DNA from: Blasia pusilla
Taxonomy: Eukaryota
Reading direction: 5' to 3'
DNA length: 64,000 nt
Assembly: GCA_050084515.1 (NCBI GenBank)
Contig: CM114271.1
Coordinates: forward strand, 23,312,001 to 23,376,000
Below, one piece after another: positions 13,210 to 26,449 of the stretch. Made by a program: the position numbers and the translations under genes. Numbering within the stretch: position 1 is the first letter of the stretch; the number at the start of each line of letters is the position of its first letter. The notes under the pieces were generated by a model. The model was given only the letters and a program-made list of their open reading frames with translations. It had not been told where the DNA came from and made no database searches.

Positions 13210-16200
13210 TCAATCAATCCTCTTCTTAATGTTGATCTCAAGCCACAGTACCAATGATCCTACAACATCACCCACAACATAATGTGGTGGATCATCTTCT
13301 TCGTTTAGCTGCCACAATTTGAAATCAGGCTCAATTGCAGATTCCAAAGCAACACGTAGTACCCCTGTGGGGATGTCCTTCCCGTGAAACTTATCTTTTC
13401 CTGACAGACCTAATACAACTCTATAGCCAATGACATGACGAGTGTTCCGTGATTCAGTGAGTGACACCTCATCACTTGTCTACAGTTGATTGAAACATAC
13501 AACCAACAGATTTTATATTAAACATTGATAGAGGATTCATTAGCATTTAACGAGTCATTCACATATTTTATGCAATAAAAGGTCAAGTGTTGGCATTCAT
13601 GACCCACTCAAGCTACTCCTATGTTCAAAATCCATATTCAAGCTACAATTTTGGATTCTATTCAATGATATATAAATCATCCATCAATGTGAGTGAGTAC
13701 CCTTGTCTTCTTCTTCCCACCACCTGACTTTGGTTCACTCTCATTACCATCACTTGCAGGCTCAGAGTGCACCCTAGTAGTCTTCAATTTTTTGTTCAAG
13801 GGAGAAGAAACCTGCAATTGAATTCCAACAAGAGAGGAAGGATTTCCTTGCTGGAATTCAAAATTTGCTTCGATTCCTTTTCCTGCCACTTAATAAGGAA
13901 ATGGAGAAAACAAAGGGTTAGGAAAGAATAGCTTTCAAGAATACTACATACACATTACTGAAATTACAACTATGAGATGAAGATTAGAATTCACACTCAC
14001 ATCTACTTCACACTCTTTATATTTCCAGCAGTATTATTCATTCAAAAATTGCAAGTAAAAGTACCACTCCATATGTTTGAAAAATATTTAGGGTTCGAAG
14101 TAACCATCTTTTTAACCATATATACATCATCTCCACCAATAAAATGAATAAAATTGGATACACTTGTTCTATATCAAAACTATTGCATGAGCTTACATGC
14201 TTTGTTCCGTGCATTTATTGACACTCAAGACTCCCATCATGGTGTAGTAAGATCATAACTTACCCTTTGCTCCCGTTTCACTAGCATGAATAGTCAATGA
14301 GACCTGGTGTGCAGGGGCCTTTCTTTTCTTTTGCAACCCTACAAGTCCATCCAAATTTATATTTACCACACCAAATTTCATACTCTTGTGACGTAAGAAT
14401 TATTGAAACACGAATATATAAACTAAGGTATGTGGTTTTACCTACCTTTCCTTGAGTTGCTTTAGGAAGCATACCAATCTTCTCCTGCTCAAAATTTTTA
14501 TCAGGACCAAGTGCATGTGATGAAGTTACTCCACCTACATAATATGAAAGTAGATGTTAGAGAATGATCCAATACCGCGTGAGATCCAATCACACTATAA
14601 ATCTCCATGGACTCCATGTTAACTTGATAAATCCTTACTTGAGCGACCTTGATTCACTAACTTTGCAAGATCTGCCACCACCTTCATCAACTCAGTGAAT
14701 TGGTCTGTCATTTTGTTGGTATAATCCATCATATTCTTATCCATCTTCTCCTTGATGGAAGTTCTCATGGCTTGCAAATCTGCTATCCATTTTCTTTCTT
14801 GCTTTTCCAATGCCACTTCGTAAGTGATACCTGAGTCAACCGTCTACCAAAGAAACAAAGGATGCAATTTGTTAGGTTTATATCTTGGCTTTTAAATTTT
14901 TGTTCATAAATTACAAGTTATCAACGAGAAATATCAAGATCATGTTAATCTTAGCATATACTTTACCTACCTTTGCACCTCCATTGAAGGTACAATATTT
15001 CCATGTAGATCCCTAGATGCTGCCGATATTGTTTTCTCTTGTCATAACACACATAGTCGAACATAGAAATAACACGACAAACTTAACTTACATGAGTCAA
15101 ATCTATCAATGTTGTATATCCATAAACACTATCATACATGGGACATCTTGACTTAGAAGGTTCAAGGACAAAAAATCTCACAACTCCCGAAAATACGCCA
15201 GTGCCATCTAGGTCCCTAGATGCTGATGATGTTGTTATCGCCTATAATAACACACATAGTATATGAGAGAAAGAACACAAGTAAGTTAACTTACATGATA
15301 GGTATTACATGAGTTAAAACTATCAATTATTAGTCCACAAACACTTTCACATGAATGCATCTCTACTTAGAGGTTCAAGGGGAAGAGATCTCACAACTCC
15401 GGCATGTACACCTTGTTCTCCAGACCGTCCAAAAGGATTTGTCTTCTCAACTTGTTGCCTTGCATCCCTCATCACTTTTGCTTTCATTTTGGTGGCATCT
15501 GACATCCAATAGGCTACCAAGCTTTCCCATTGAAGAGCTTTGCTTCACGGTGGCATTGCACAGAGCGGTGCCCACCATGGTTTATCCAATAACTCTTCAT
15601 AACATACCTCTCAGTCCTCAACAATGTTGCAATTTTCTTCCTCAAAAAATCAGGAGACAACCTCGCGCCTCCCACATACTCCCATGCCTCTTCCATATAT
15701 GATCTTATAGTGGCCATACTAAGAGTGTCTTGTCTATCTATGTCCACACAAGAGACATCCAAATATCGCAAAGTGAATATCTTCAAATCAGAAAGCCATG
15801 TCTCATAACCAAGTGTATTTGGGTCTGTCCACCATGTCTCTAGCAACTCACGGCTAGGAAGGAGATGGCGTGTGTCTCGCTTCTTGGTCTCTTTTTTCTG
15901 CTGGTCTTGCTTAGTGCGATGAGACCCGCTCCCACGTTTTCCTCGACACTTTCCAGGAAAGATAAGTGTAGCCCGTTCAATGGAAAACAATGTTGGATAG
16001 GGAAGCACTCAACTTTCTAGCAAACTTTCATGATCTCAACTATACTACAAACATGAGAGTAAGCTTCTGACTGAACTTTTCAGCAAGCTCTCATAATCTC
16101 CACTATACTAGAAACATAAGAATAAGCTCTGCACTCAACTTTCCAGCAAGCTCTCATGATCTCAATTATACAACCAACATAAAAGTAAGCTTATGATTGA

Positions 16201-18960
16201 ACTTTTCAGCAAGCTCTCATCATCTGCACTATACTAGAAACATAAGAATAAGCTCTACCCTAAACTTTCTAGCAAACTCTCATGATCTCCACGACCCTAG
16301 AAACATAAGAATAAGCTTTAGATTCAACTTTTGGGTAAGTAAGCCTCTGATTTAACTTTTGAGCAAGCTAAGATGATCTCCAAGCAAGCAAGAAACATTA
16401 AAATAAGCTCCACACTCAACTTTCCACTCTACATTACCTTGTTTAGTCTTGTTATCACCTGAAAGGTGTGTTGCATCCGTGGTAGTTGGAGTAGCACAAC
16501 TTTGGCTCCTGCTGGTTGTAAACTCCATTGTTCTCTAGTCAATGAGTAAATAAATATGCTACACACCAACCAAGGCAATATGAAACAATCACTAAGGTAA
16601 TGTCCGACTTCGCATAGACAAAGCTGAAAAAAAATATACCTTGCAGGCCATGCTTTATGCCTACATATAACAATGCTTCTATCTTACAATCAATAGTTTA
16701 TACTTACATCGTTAGCTCCATGTGTAAGGTCTTGCCATTGTGCATATCTGAGAGGATGCACGCTAGTCTCTAAACATCCATAGTCTGCATCAGATTATGG
16801 ATGGGAAGGGCCTTCACCATGGTACATATAGCCAAATTGTGGTTCTCTACCACCATGTGGTTTTTTACTACCATCATAACCCTTGGATGGCCCATAGCCA
16901 AGGGATCCATGACTTGAATTTTGTACATGGTTGTGATTAGCATAAGAACCCGCTCCTTTGGTATTTCTTATAGGGAATCCACGATACATTCCCACACCAA
17001 GACCACGCGGGCCAAAATTAGTATAGCCATATGGTTGGGGCCTTTCTCCCCCACCCCAAGTAGAAGAGATATTTTGGGATAGGCCCATATGCGCTATCCT
17101 ATGGCCATAAGGATGGGCGATTCCCTTACCTTGCCAGACATCACTCCTTTCACCTCTCAAAGGCACATGATCATGGGACAAGTAACCCTTGTATCTAGGT
17201 GGGGGGGATGATGGCCCACTATACCAACCATCTAGTGAGAAAGACCATTATTGACCATGCCGGTGCTTGGGTCGCAACTCTTCATGGGATTGATGGGATG
17301 GTGGGGATGAGGGCTTATAACTCGACCTTGGGCCATGTATCTGGCGGGAGGATTCTTGACCTCGTCCAACATGTGCATTTTCCTCTGACCCCAGATCTAC
17401 CTACATGTTATGAAGAAGAACACAACCATCAAAATGCAAAGGGTCAGATCCAAGGAAAAAAATCTTAATATCACAAGTATATCATAGCAAAGTAAAAATT
17501 GAAATGCAAGCAACATATCCCATGATAGTGGAAAGGCCAGTATATGTTCTGAAATGTATTTATAAAAAAAAACGTTCAGTAATTAATGTAATACTTACAT
17601 GCCCGTGCTCTAGTCTAGGTTCTTCACTCTCACTTGAAGACATGTCCTCTTCATCAGCTTGGTAGCTTGGATGGCATCCTCATCCCCGTTCATGGGAGAA
17701 GTCATCTCTTCGATGATACTTGGCTTTGTAGTAGAAGAAATCCGTGCACTTCTCCGTGGAGGCAATGCAAGGTCTTGAAGGAGCACACTTGATCTCTTCT
17801 TGACTACTCTAGACTTTTCGCATCATACATGAAGCAAACAATGCACCTTTAGTAATCATGTCAACTTGCCATAAGAATACACTCACGTAAAGCCAAACAT
17901 GTACCTACTCATTGATGGAAGCGTTCTCAAGTGGAAGTTTCAAAACAAACGACTAAACATCATTCAACGCTAGAAAGATGACTTGTGAAAAGGTTTTGGA
18001 GAGAATGTATACAAGTCCTTGAATTCTTGAACAAGTTTCGCCTCAATGGCCTTCCTTTCTCTGATTTTTCGTGCATGTAGTTGAGCATATGAGTTAGTAT
18101 TAGACTCATTTCCAGAATCAGTAGCCATAGGAGGATTAGGGCTACTCTCTGGCATTAAATCCACCATATCCTTGCACAAAGATGCTGGATTATGGGATTT
18201 CCCGTACAAGCTAGAGTGCTCACTAGCATCTTTCTCCTCACATGGCTTTATCAAAAGATGAACTATATCTTAAATCAACATTGTCCATGCCATCCAATTG
18301 ACGGACTCCAATGCCCTTAGATTCATCATATCCACCCCCATTGCTTAGTAGGGCTCCCAAATCTTCCCTCGGCCATACTTCCTTCATTGCTTGAGTACCA
18401 TCCACCTTCTGATCTACGAAGGTGCTACATGAAGCCTTTCTATTGACTCCTTGGACAACCATCTCAAGCAATCCACCCAAGCCCATAGTATGACATTCAG
18501 ATTTCAATTCAAACAATAAAAAATCCGACAAAATTGATAGGCACCTAGGGAAATTTATTTAGCAACTCACACCAAAATATCAAATTCAAAATCAAAACAT
18601 ATAAAATGCATAAAGTTGTTAGGGAGCAGTCTCTAATATATCCTATGTGGACATATCCCCTTCAGAATCCTCACCCTGTGATTCACTTAAGCTAGAATTT
18701 ATTGACCCCAAGTTTCTTGAGGTTAGCACTACTTGCACATTAGAAATATCCCTCCTTACAACCCTAATCTCTGCGTCACTCAATTCTATGCCCTCAGGTC
18801 TATTGGGACTTTGTGCAAGGTCTGTGGTGACACCTGGAACTTCCAATCCAAAAAAATCCTCACTGTTTTCAAGGACTAGATTCTCATCATTGGCAAACGA
18901 TCAACGAGATCTAGCTTCTTTCTTCATTACAACTCTCCATCCACTGCCATCACCAACATC
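13210..18960 (-). pseudogene. CACTA second gene (TnpA/ORF2-like), fragmented multi-exon remnant
   Basis: Last exon 13210-13467 (VIGYRVV...KFHGKDIPTGVLRVAL...DDPPHYVVGDVVGSLVLW) resembles the C-terminal domain of CACTA TnpA-like proteins; coiled-coil exon 14619-14816; further minus-strand fragments 15514-16008, 16795-17181, 17970-18846; lies downstream of Tnp2. Confidence 0.55.
16007..16425. repeat. 63-bp minisatellite, ~6 diverged copies
   Basis: Unit actcaactttctagcaaactttcatgatctcaactatactacaaacatgagagtaagcttctg starts at 16007 and 16070 and continues at the same period. Confidence 0.9.
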
Positions 18961-18989
18961 ATCATAGAATACTTTTTCTACTTGTGAAG

Positions 18990-21030
18990 GGAAGACAAAC
19001 GGCTGGTGATCATTTGGCTTGTTGTCTCTCAAATTAGGAAGGAGAAAGCCTTTGAGGTCTCATTTCATTGATGATCGTCGGCTGTCCCAATCTGCCCTAA
19101 CCCATCTACCTCGCATAAGCACGATAACACCTCTCGGAAATTGATAATCAAAGGCTAAAATATCAACTAACTCCCCAACATATGAGTAAGAGCAAGTTTC
19201 AACATACTTTTCATCCACAAAAAGAGCTCCTATTCCGCTGTCATATGTGGAAAATGGCGTATTACCATATCCCTCTATCCTGTAATGGTTACCATAGGCT
19301 TTCATGCTCCTATAGGACAAGACTTTACTATTTGGGGGCACAGAGAGAGCAAATGTCTCCTTATCTAGGGGTTGGCCAGTTCTCATAGAGACTTGGGTGA
19401 TAGGTGCTCGCACCCAATCCTCAAAGTGTACATTTCTCAATAAAAGATCTATCTTCTTTTCTTCTTTGAATAACCTGTACAATTTAATACTCGTACAATG
19501 TAAGGCCTCAGATCATATTTTTACTCGTTCAAGTACAAGATAGATACATTTCATGAAACATAAGCTAGGGTGTGCTTCCTTACTTATGCCACTTCTCCAT
19601 ACATAGAGTATTTTGCAGAATGTATCGGTGCGCCATGTTGATCAAAGATCGTGATAGTTAAATCTAAACTCCTGCACCCTCTAATTCCTCCCCAGAAACA
19701 CCTTCTTCTACGCCATCATCCCATACCCGAGATCTAATTGGCTCAAACCTTCTCATATGCTCTGTGACGAAGCCAATAACCTCATCTAACAAGTATCCTT
19801 GAGCCATGCAAGCTTCTAGGCGGGCTTTGGACCTCACAAATTTTTTCATTATCCCCCATATATCTCTCAAAGGGATACATCCATCTACATGCAACTGGCC
19901 CAAAAATATCTATCTTTTCTACGACATGCACCAAAAGGTGGGTCATCACATCGGAAAAGGCTGGGGGAAAATGCATCTCAAGCATGCATAAGGTAATCAC
20001 CGAGTCTTCCATAAGTTGGCCATACTGTGAAGGATCCCAAACCTTCCCCGAAAGGACTCTCATAATTCTAGATGATCTCATGATTTTTGTTCTCACCTCT
20101 TTGGTTATGAGACCACGAAGGCAAAAAGGCAGAATTTGTTGGATAAAGACATTATAGTCGTGAGATTTCATATTGCCTAATTTTTTCTTCATGACATGTT
20201 TTTTCAACTCACTACATAGCCGGTACGAACTTTCAAGGACTCTACCCTTCCCATGAAAATGCCCAATTCTTTTGGGGAGAGAACATAAGGCGCAACACGT
20301 TTCACAAGACTTCCAGATTTCGAAAGGTGAGTTTGTACCCACAGGTGGGATCGGATTCTTCTCTTCTCCATGTCTCGTCTAACTTTAACAGTATCCTTTA
20401 CCCCAAAAATAGTTTTGACGACCTTCTTGGAAATATTCTTCTCGACGTGCAATAACATCTAGAGTATGTCTTATCAATAAATGCTATCGATCAATCATAA
20501 TTAAGGACAATATTGTAGGAGTAGAGTGAGTCATATAAGGAGTAGACACATATGAAGGCACACACTCTTGAAACTATATTGAAAATTCAGGATACTTCCC
20601 AATAAGGCAATCAAAAAATTACTCCTCTGTGCTTCATTCCAATTTGTTTATATGGGTCATTTGGTCCATCATCTCTGCCACCATTCTCATTATATACTTC
20701 TTTTTCCTTTGCCCACTCAAGAATTTCTACTCTTGTAACTCTATGTGGAGGTGGCCTAGACTCTGCAAGTCCATTGAATAGTGGCGCATATCTCCTCCCT
20801 CTCAAATAGTGGTCCCATCTAAGATAGCGACGATGTCCCCCAAATATAGGTTTTCCACATTCTTTAGAAAATTCGGAGTAAACTTGTGGCCCACATACTG
20901 TACAAGCAAGCTTACCACCATGACTTTGGCCAACAATCAACCCGTAGGCAGGGTAGTCATTTATGGTCCATAAAACCAGAGCTCTAAATATGAAAGTATA
21001 TTTACCATCCAACTTCCTTACATCATGGAA
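18990..21030 (-). pseudogene. CACTA Tnp2/TnpD-type transposase, frameshifted, N-terminus missing
   Basis: Motifs WTINDYPAYG, LACTVCG, HVEKNISK, MKSHDYNVFIQQILPFCLRG, LEMHFPPAFSDVMTHLLVH, GPVACRWMYPFERYMG. Confidence 0.93.
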
Positions 21031-21531
21031 GTTGACATTGTTCCATAGTTGCTCTCATATGGTACCTAGCCAGCTTGCAATCAAGTTCACAGGAGTTTGT
21101 CAAACTCAAAGACCAACCGTTTCCATCGTAAGGATGATTTCATCCCCCAAACTCATCATTCTTGGTGAGATGTTGTGACTTAGTAAGGACTTGATCTTGA
21201 ACTCCAATTGCACCTGCAGGAACATTTGTAGATGGCAAAGTTGAAGCGGAAGAAACTCCCACTGATCAAAACCTGAATGCAAATCTTAAATTCCAAAAAC
21301 TATTCCTCACTCATGAGCTGTCATACATGGTGAATACCTTGCCACCACATATTTATGTCGGTCCGTATCTGGAGTAGTAGCCTAGCTCACACTAGCTACA
21401 TTCAACTTTGGAGCTTACTCAACATGGATGGTATGAATTTAATCAACTATAAGGACATTCTGAAAATGATCCGATCGGTGATACAAAATTATCCCTAACT
21501 CATGTGGCCTGACCATGGTGGATATGTAGGT

Positions 21532-22046
21532 TGTCACGTCTTTTAGGATAGATTGGTGAGATCTAGTAGAGCGCCTTGGTGAGTAGTGGAGGACATCGCT
21601 GAGTAGGTTGAGGATGACCTGCTGGGGCCCCGGGAAACCTTAGAGAGCAGGTTTCCCCTTCGTTTCGGCTCATTTGGAGCCATATTGAGGAACTTACTAT
21701 TTTAGGTAAGTACCATCTTGAGTATATGATCGACTTTATATTTTAGGTAAGTGGCCCTTGACCTCCTACATCAGATCAAGAACCAAGGAGGTGACTTGGG
21801 AGAATAGGTTACCATGGAGAGAGCTTGGGAGAGGGGAGGGGTATACCTTAAGGAGAGAGAGCTTGAGAGCTCATTCTCTCTTTGTTGAACCTCTTGGCAT
21901 GAGGCGGCGGAGTTATGGTCCCTTGCCTTGTGAGTGTAACCCAAGCCTCTCATTAGGAGAGTGGGTTTGGTTTGACATGAGAGAGAGTGCACACCTTTGA
22001 GAGCTATGGTATGAGATGGTGTAGAGAGAGATTGGATCTAACTTTA
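21532..22046 (+). repeat. Family A terminal 'A' repeat (~515 bp)
   Basis: Highly similar to 26450-27047 and to the reverse complement of 49114-49628. Confidence 0.9.
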
Positions 22047-25000
22047 CAAAGAGAGAATGAGAGAGTGAGAGAGCTTCATGGGGGAGCTCACTAGTCACTC
22101 GCTGTTTTTGCAGGTTGGGGACCGTGTTCCCGTTCATCGGCTCATGGGAGTGCTCACCGGAGCAAGGGCTGCTTTGATTGTTCTTTACATTTGCCAATTT
22201 TTCGTGTGGAAGAGTGGCATACGGAAGCGCTGCCCAATTTATGATAGGGATTGTTTATGGGGGCGGGTTGCCCCATGCCAATGCTCTCGGGAGCACCATG
22301 TAGCTTGCTGATTTGAATTTTTACAGGTTTTACATTTTGGTTGGGAGAAATCACGCAGAAGCGCTGCCAAATTTTGTGTAGGAGAAAGAGATATTAGGCT
22401 TTACAACAATCTCTGTCAAATTTTACAGAAATGTCCAATTCCAAATATTTTTTGATTTTGTTGTAGATCGTAAAGCTGTGCACGTTGTGCAATAAACGGT
22501 GTGCAATTTGGAGTTGCAAGTAAAAAGTTATGGTTAATATTGCAAAATTTCCATTGCTAGGCAATTTTTGGGTTAAATTGTTCAAACCCTAAACCAGCCG
22601 CTACGCCGGCGGCGGCCGTCGCCGTCATAGTCACCATCACCGTCGACGGTCAACCATAACTGTCAATGGTCCAACTTTGGCCATTGCCGTTGCCCAACGT
22701 TGCTCAGAGCTGCATTCGGCCGTTGTCCACCCTTTGGTTGCCATTGCCGCCATTACGAAGTGGAGGGTCTTCCACGACCACCGTTGATTCTCTGACTTGT
22801 GCCGCCACCATGTACTTTGGTTTGGCCGCCACCATCATCGCAGTTTTGTCATCAATAGTGATGGTAGATGACCTCCGCTTATGGTGTTTGAGTTTTGATT
22901 TCATGCTGCTATGTTGTGATTGGTAGCCGCTCGACGACAATCGAGTACCGTGCCGTGACACCCGTAGCCGCAACGCGCCGCCGATTGCCGCGCCGTGCCG
23001 CTCGTGGCCGCATCGCACTATCTCGATCACAGAGCCACACCATCATTTTGGAGCTGAGTGTGGGTTTATTGTTGATTGAGGAGGTTATGCCGCCGAGTGC
23101 CGCATCCCACCATTGAGGGCCGTGCCATTCGTAGCTGTTCCGTGCCGCCTGCAACGCCGCACCGTTCCACTGGAACCGCACTGTCTATCAAGGAGTTTTA
23201 AGCAGCGTCAATATGGGAGGAGTATGACTTGTTGATTTGAGGAGTTGTCTCCATGACCGAGTTGGGGTTGAGATTTGCAATTGCTGAGGAGCGACATCGA
23301 CATGTGTTCAGGTTACCCATTTTGGTCCTTTACCTTGCACGTGTGAGGGATTCTGGGATTTTGGTAGTTTATTTGGGGATATTGGGTGTGTGGATGCTGA
23401 GAGCATCATTTATGTATATGGTTTAGGGGATATAGACCTGTGTGGGATGTTCGGAGTTGAGGGTAGGTTATCGATGAGATGATAGCCTGGTCGATTTGCC
23501 GTACCACGCCGCTTGGTGCCACACGTTACACGTCTCGGGGAGGGAGAGTGTAGATCGAGTGCCGCATGTTTGGGATGAGTGATTGAGGGATTACTGCAAG
23601 GTTGAGAGTGATGATGTGAGAGGGGAACGAGGGCCATCACAGAGTCCTTTCAAGATTTTGAGAGGCGAGGTAGTGGACCTGAGAGTAGCTCTGAAGGATT
23701 TACCCGGAGTGGTGCGAGGTTTCGAGGGTCTCCACGTGAGAGACCACCTCGATCTCCTTCTGTGTCATCTTCAGATGAGGGGGAGCGTGTAGAGGAGTTT
23801 GTGAGCACATCGCCACACATTGTGAGTGGTCCTATGAGTTGGGCGTATGAGATGGACGATCGGGGTAGAGGACCGCGTAGGTTTTCAGGTGCAGTAGGCA
23901 CGATTGAGTTGCACGATTTCATAGTAGAGTTTAGGAGTTGGTGCGACTCCTAGTGGGCCAGGAACTCTAGAGAGTTCAACCCATTTACATCATGGAACGG
24001 TATGTTCCAGCATTTAGAGGGGGTGCCCATGGACGATTACCATGAGTTCTCTCAGAGATATGCATGTGAGATTGAGGCGTGGAGGCTCTACTATGACCCA
24101 CATTATGTGTCATGGACGGAGCCTTCCCAGATGAGGAGGAGGAGTCACGAGAGGCTACTTCCACTTCCACTAGTGACATTTTAGGAGGGGTCACTGGCAC
24201 GGGAGCAGCTGCACCGTCTAGTCGGGTTTGTCCCAAGTTCAACCCTGTGGTTGAGTTCTTTGCTGAGTTGAGGGCGAGTTACAGGGGGTATGGACGGAGA
24301 AGTTGCGGAGCATCCACAACTTCCAAAGGCGCCCGGGTGAGAGTTTGTGTGAGGCTTACACTTGCTTGCGCCGGTTGATCAACGTCACTCAGGGGGTGAT
24401 AGAGGCTCAGGCTATCCAATCATGGTACGTGATGCTGGACTAGACCGTGCGGACACGGGTGCGGGAGGGGGTGCTTCTTATGAACATCTCCCCTATGTTG
24501 AGAGATGTTTTTAGGACCGCCAAGAACATTGAGCGCAACATGGCGGAGGAGAGCGTATCCACTATGGGTTTTGGGCGAGAGCAGTCACGATTGTTTGCAC
24601 TACCTGTGCAGCAACGTGAACTCTGAGATAGGTCGACTGTGGCACCACGAGCTCAAGGAGGATACCGGGAGGCCGTGCCACAGAGACCTGCGCCTTCATA
24701 TGCGGCTCAGCAGCAGTCGCCTACTATTACTTGTTGGTCATGTGGTGGAGCCCATCATCAACGTGATTGCACTCGTCAAGGTCATGGATGTGTGCCTCAG
24801 CATGGAGGAGGAGATGGTGCTACACCAGGAGGTTATCAGTGTGACTATTGTCACGGTATGGTCATACATGTGCCAGGTGTTTTAGTTTACATCTTGAGTT
24901 ACGTGTGGATCGAGGGCCAGAGAGGGCACCAGAGCGAGTAGCCGGTCCGGGTGGGCCTAGAGATCGTGCACCAGGTGGTCCCGTTGGGGGACGAGGAGCT

Positions 25001-26449
25001 GGAGTTGCCCGACAGGGTGGTGGAGCTGCCCGTGGAGGAGGTAGAGTCCTACCACCTAGATGCATCGAGGGAGATGCTGGACGTGAGGCTAGGATGGCTG
25101 CTCAGATACATCAGCTACAAGAGCAGATTTCCACTATGGCATTCAAATTACCCGATGCCGGATCCGTGGCATCGACATGATATGGAGCAGCCAGAGATAT
25201 GGAGGATCCTGATTGGATGTGTGGGGTTGCCCTGATGGAGGCTGCCAGAGTTCGATGGGTCCTGATCAGAGTTCCTGGAGAGTTGGTGACGTTGTTGGTG
25301 TGCAAGCATGGAGGGCGATGAGAGAAGCGAGTGCGAAGACTCCTATTGTTGATGTCGAGCACGTTGTTGGGGCCGGCCACCATTGTGTACCGCGCTCCTT
25401 TATTTTTTGCTTCCGATGTTATGACGTTGGGGGGTACGTCCACTGAGGCTTTTCAGTTGGCCGCTACGCTATGTGAGCGTGGAGTTGGAGTTCCTGCATC
25501 ACGTTCAGAGGTGATTGCAGAGGAGGTGATGGACCTGCCCTTGGAGCAGATGCTCGGGCCGTCCATGTCAGATTCATGGTAGGCTGTGACTGCTAGGATG
25601 GCGGAGATGCACGCTAGACCCGCGATAGAGCATGCCATGGCTTCTCTTGGTGCTGTGTTGCTGGAAAACCGAGGAGAGGTCTTCTAGTTGGTGAGTCCCG
25701 AAGGTAGAGCTTTTAGTCCGCAACGCGTCTTGTTGGATTCAGGAGCGCAACCCCTGATGTTGGGGAAAGCGTCATTCAGAGGATTGGGCTTGACAAGAGC
25801 CAATGTGGAGCGTTGTCTGTTTCGGACTCAAACATCCTTGGGTGGAGCGAGTACCACACATTATATCACCCGACAAGAGGTTGTGGTGAGTATTCGCCCA
25901 GGACATCCTACAGATAAGTACGTGGTGCGAGCCAAGGTGATAGTGACTCATGAAGAGTCCTACAACGTCTTGGTTGGTGGAGCAGTGTTATACCCGATGG
26001 GGTTTTCCCAGGACTATTGGGAAGAGTAAGCGTCCTACAGACCAGAATAGTAGTTAGGTGATGGGCGCCTTAGCTCATTACCCATTCAATTCATACGTGC
26101 ATTGATCGAGCAATGGCCATGAGAGATGGCGACCTTGGCTGCATTTAGCAGTGCCATCATTTGGCCTAGTGATTTGATTGAGGGACATGTCCATGCAGAG
26201 GATACTCCCCTTCCTGAAATTTCTATGGAGAGGAGTGTTATGGTAACCGCATCATTATGTGGAGGAGAGGTGCCCCTGTGGGGCTCGACTGAGGAGCTTC
26301 AACGATTGGCAGATGAGCACGTGCAAACCGCGTGGAGCGAGGTGTTTGCACTGGAGCATGACGGGCCTAAGGAACCTGAGGTAGCAATGAGTGCTACGAT
26401 GACACCCTTGGATACCACATCCATTGTGTGCTGTACCCCAGAGGAGGGT
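21532..26449 (+). mobile_element. Ty3/Gypsy family A, copy A1: 5' terminal repeat, long UTR, gag and protease; ends where copy A2 inserted
   Basis: Starts TGTCACGTC; gag GPRRFSGAVGTIELHDF; knuckles CWSCGGAHHQRDC and CDYC..YGHTCARC; protease VLLDSGAQPLMLG (25688-26029); colinear with 26550-31555. Confidence 0.9.

Noticed and set aside
21030-21531. Sequence between the CACTA transposase and Gypsy A1 (also 48540-48996)
   Set aside because: Does not continue the Tnp2 frame and has no identifiable motif; left unannotated.
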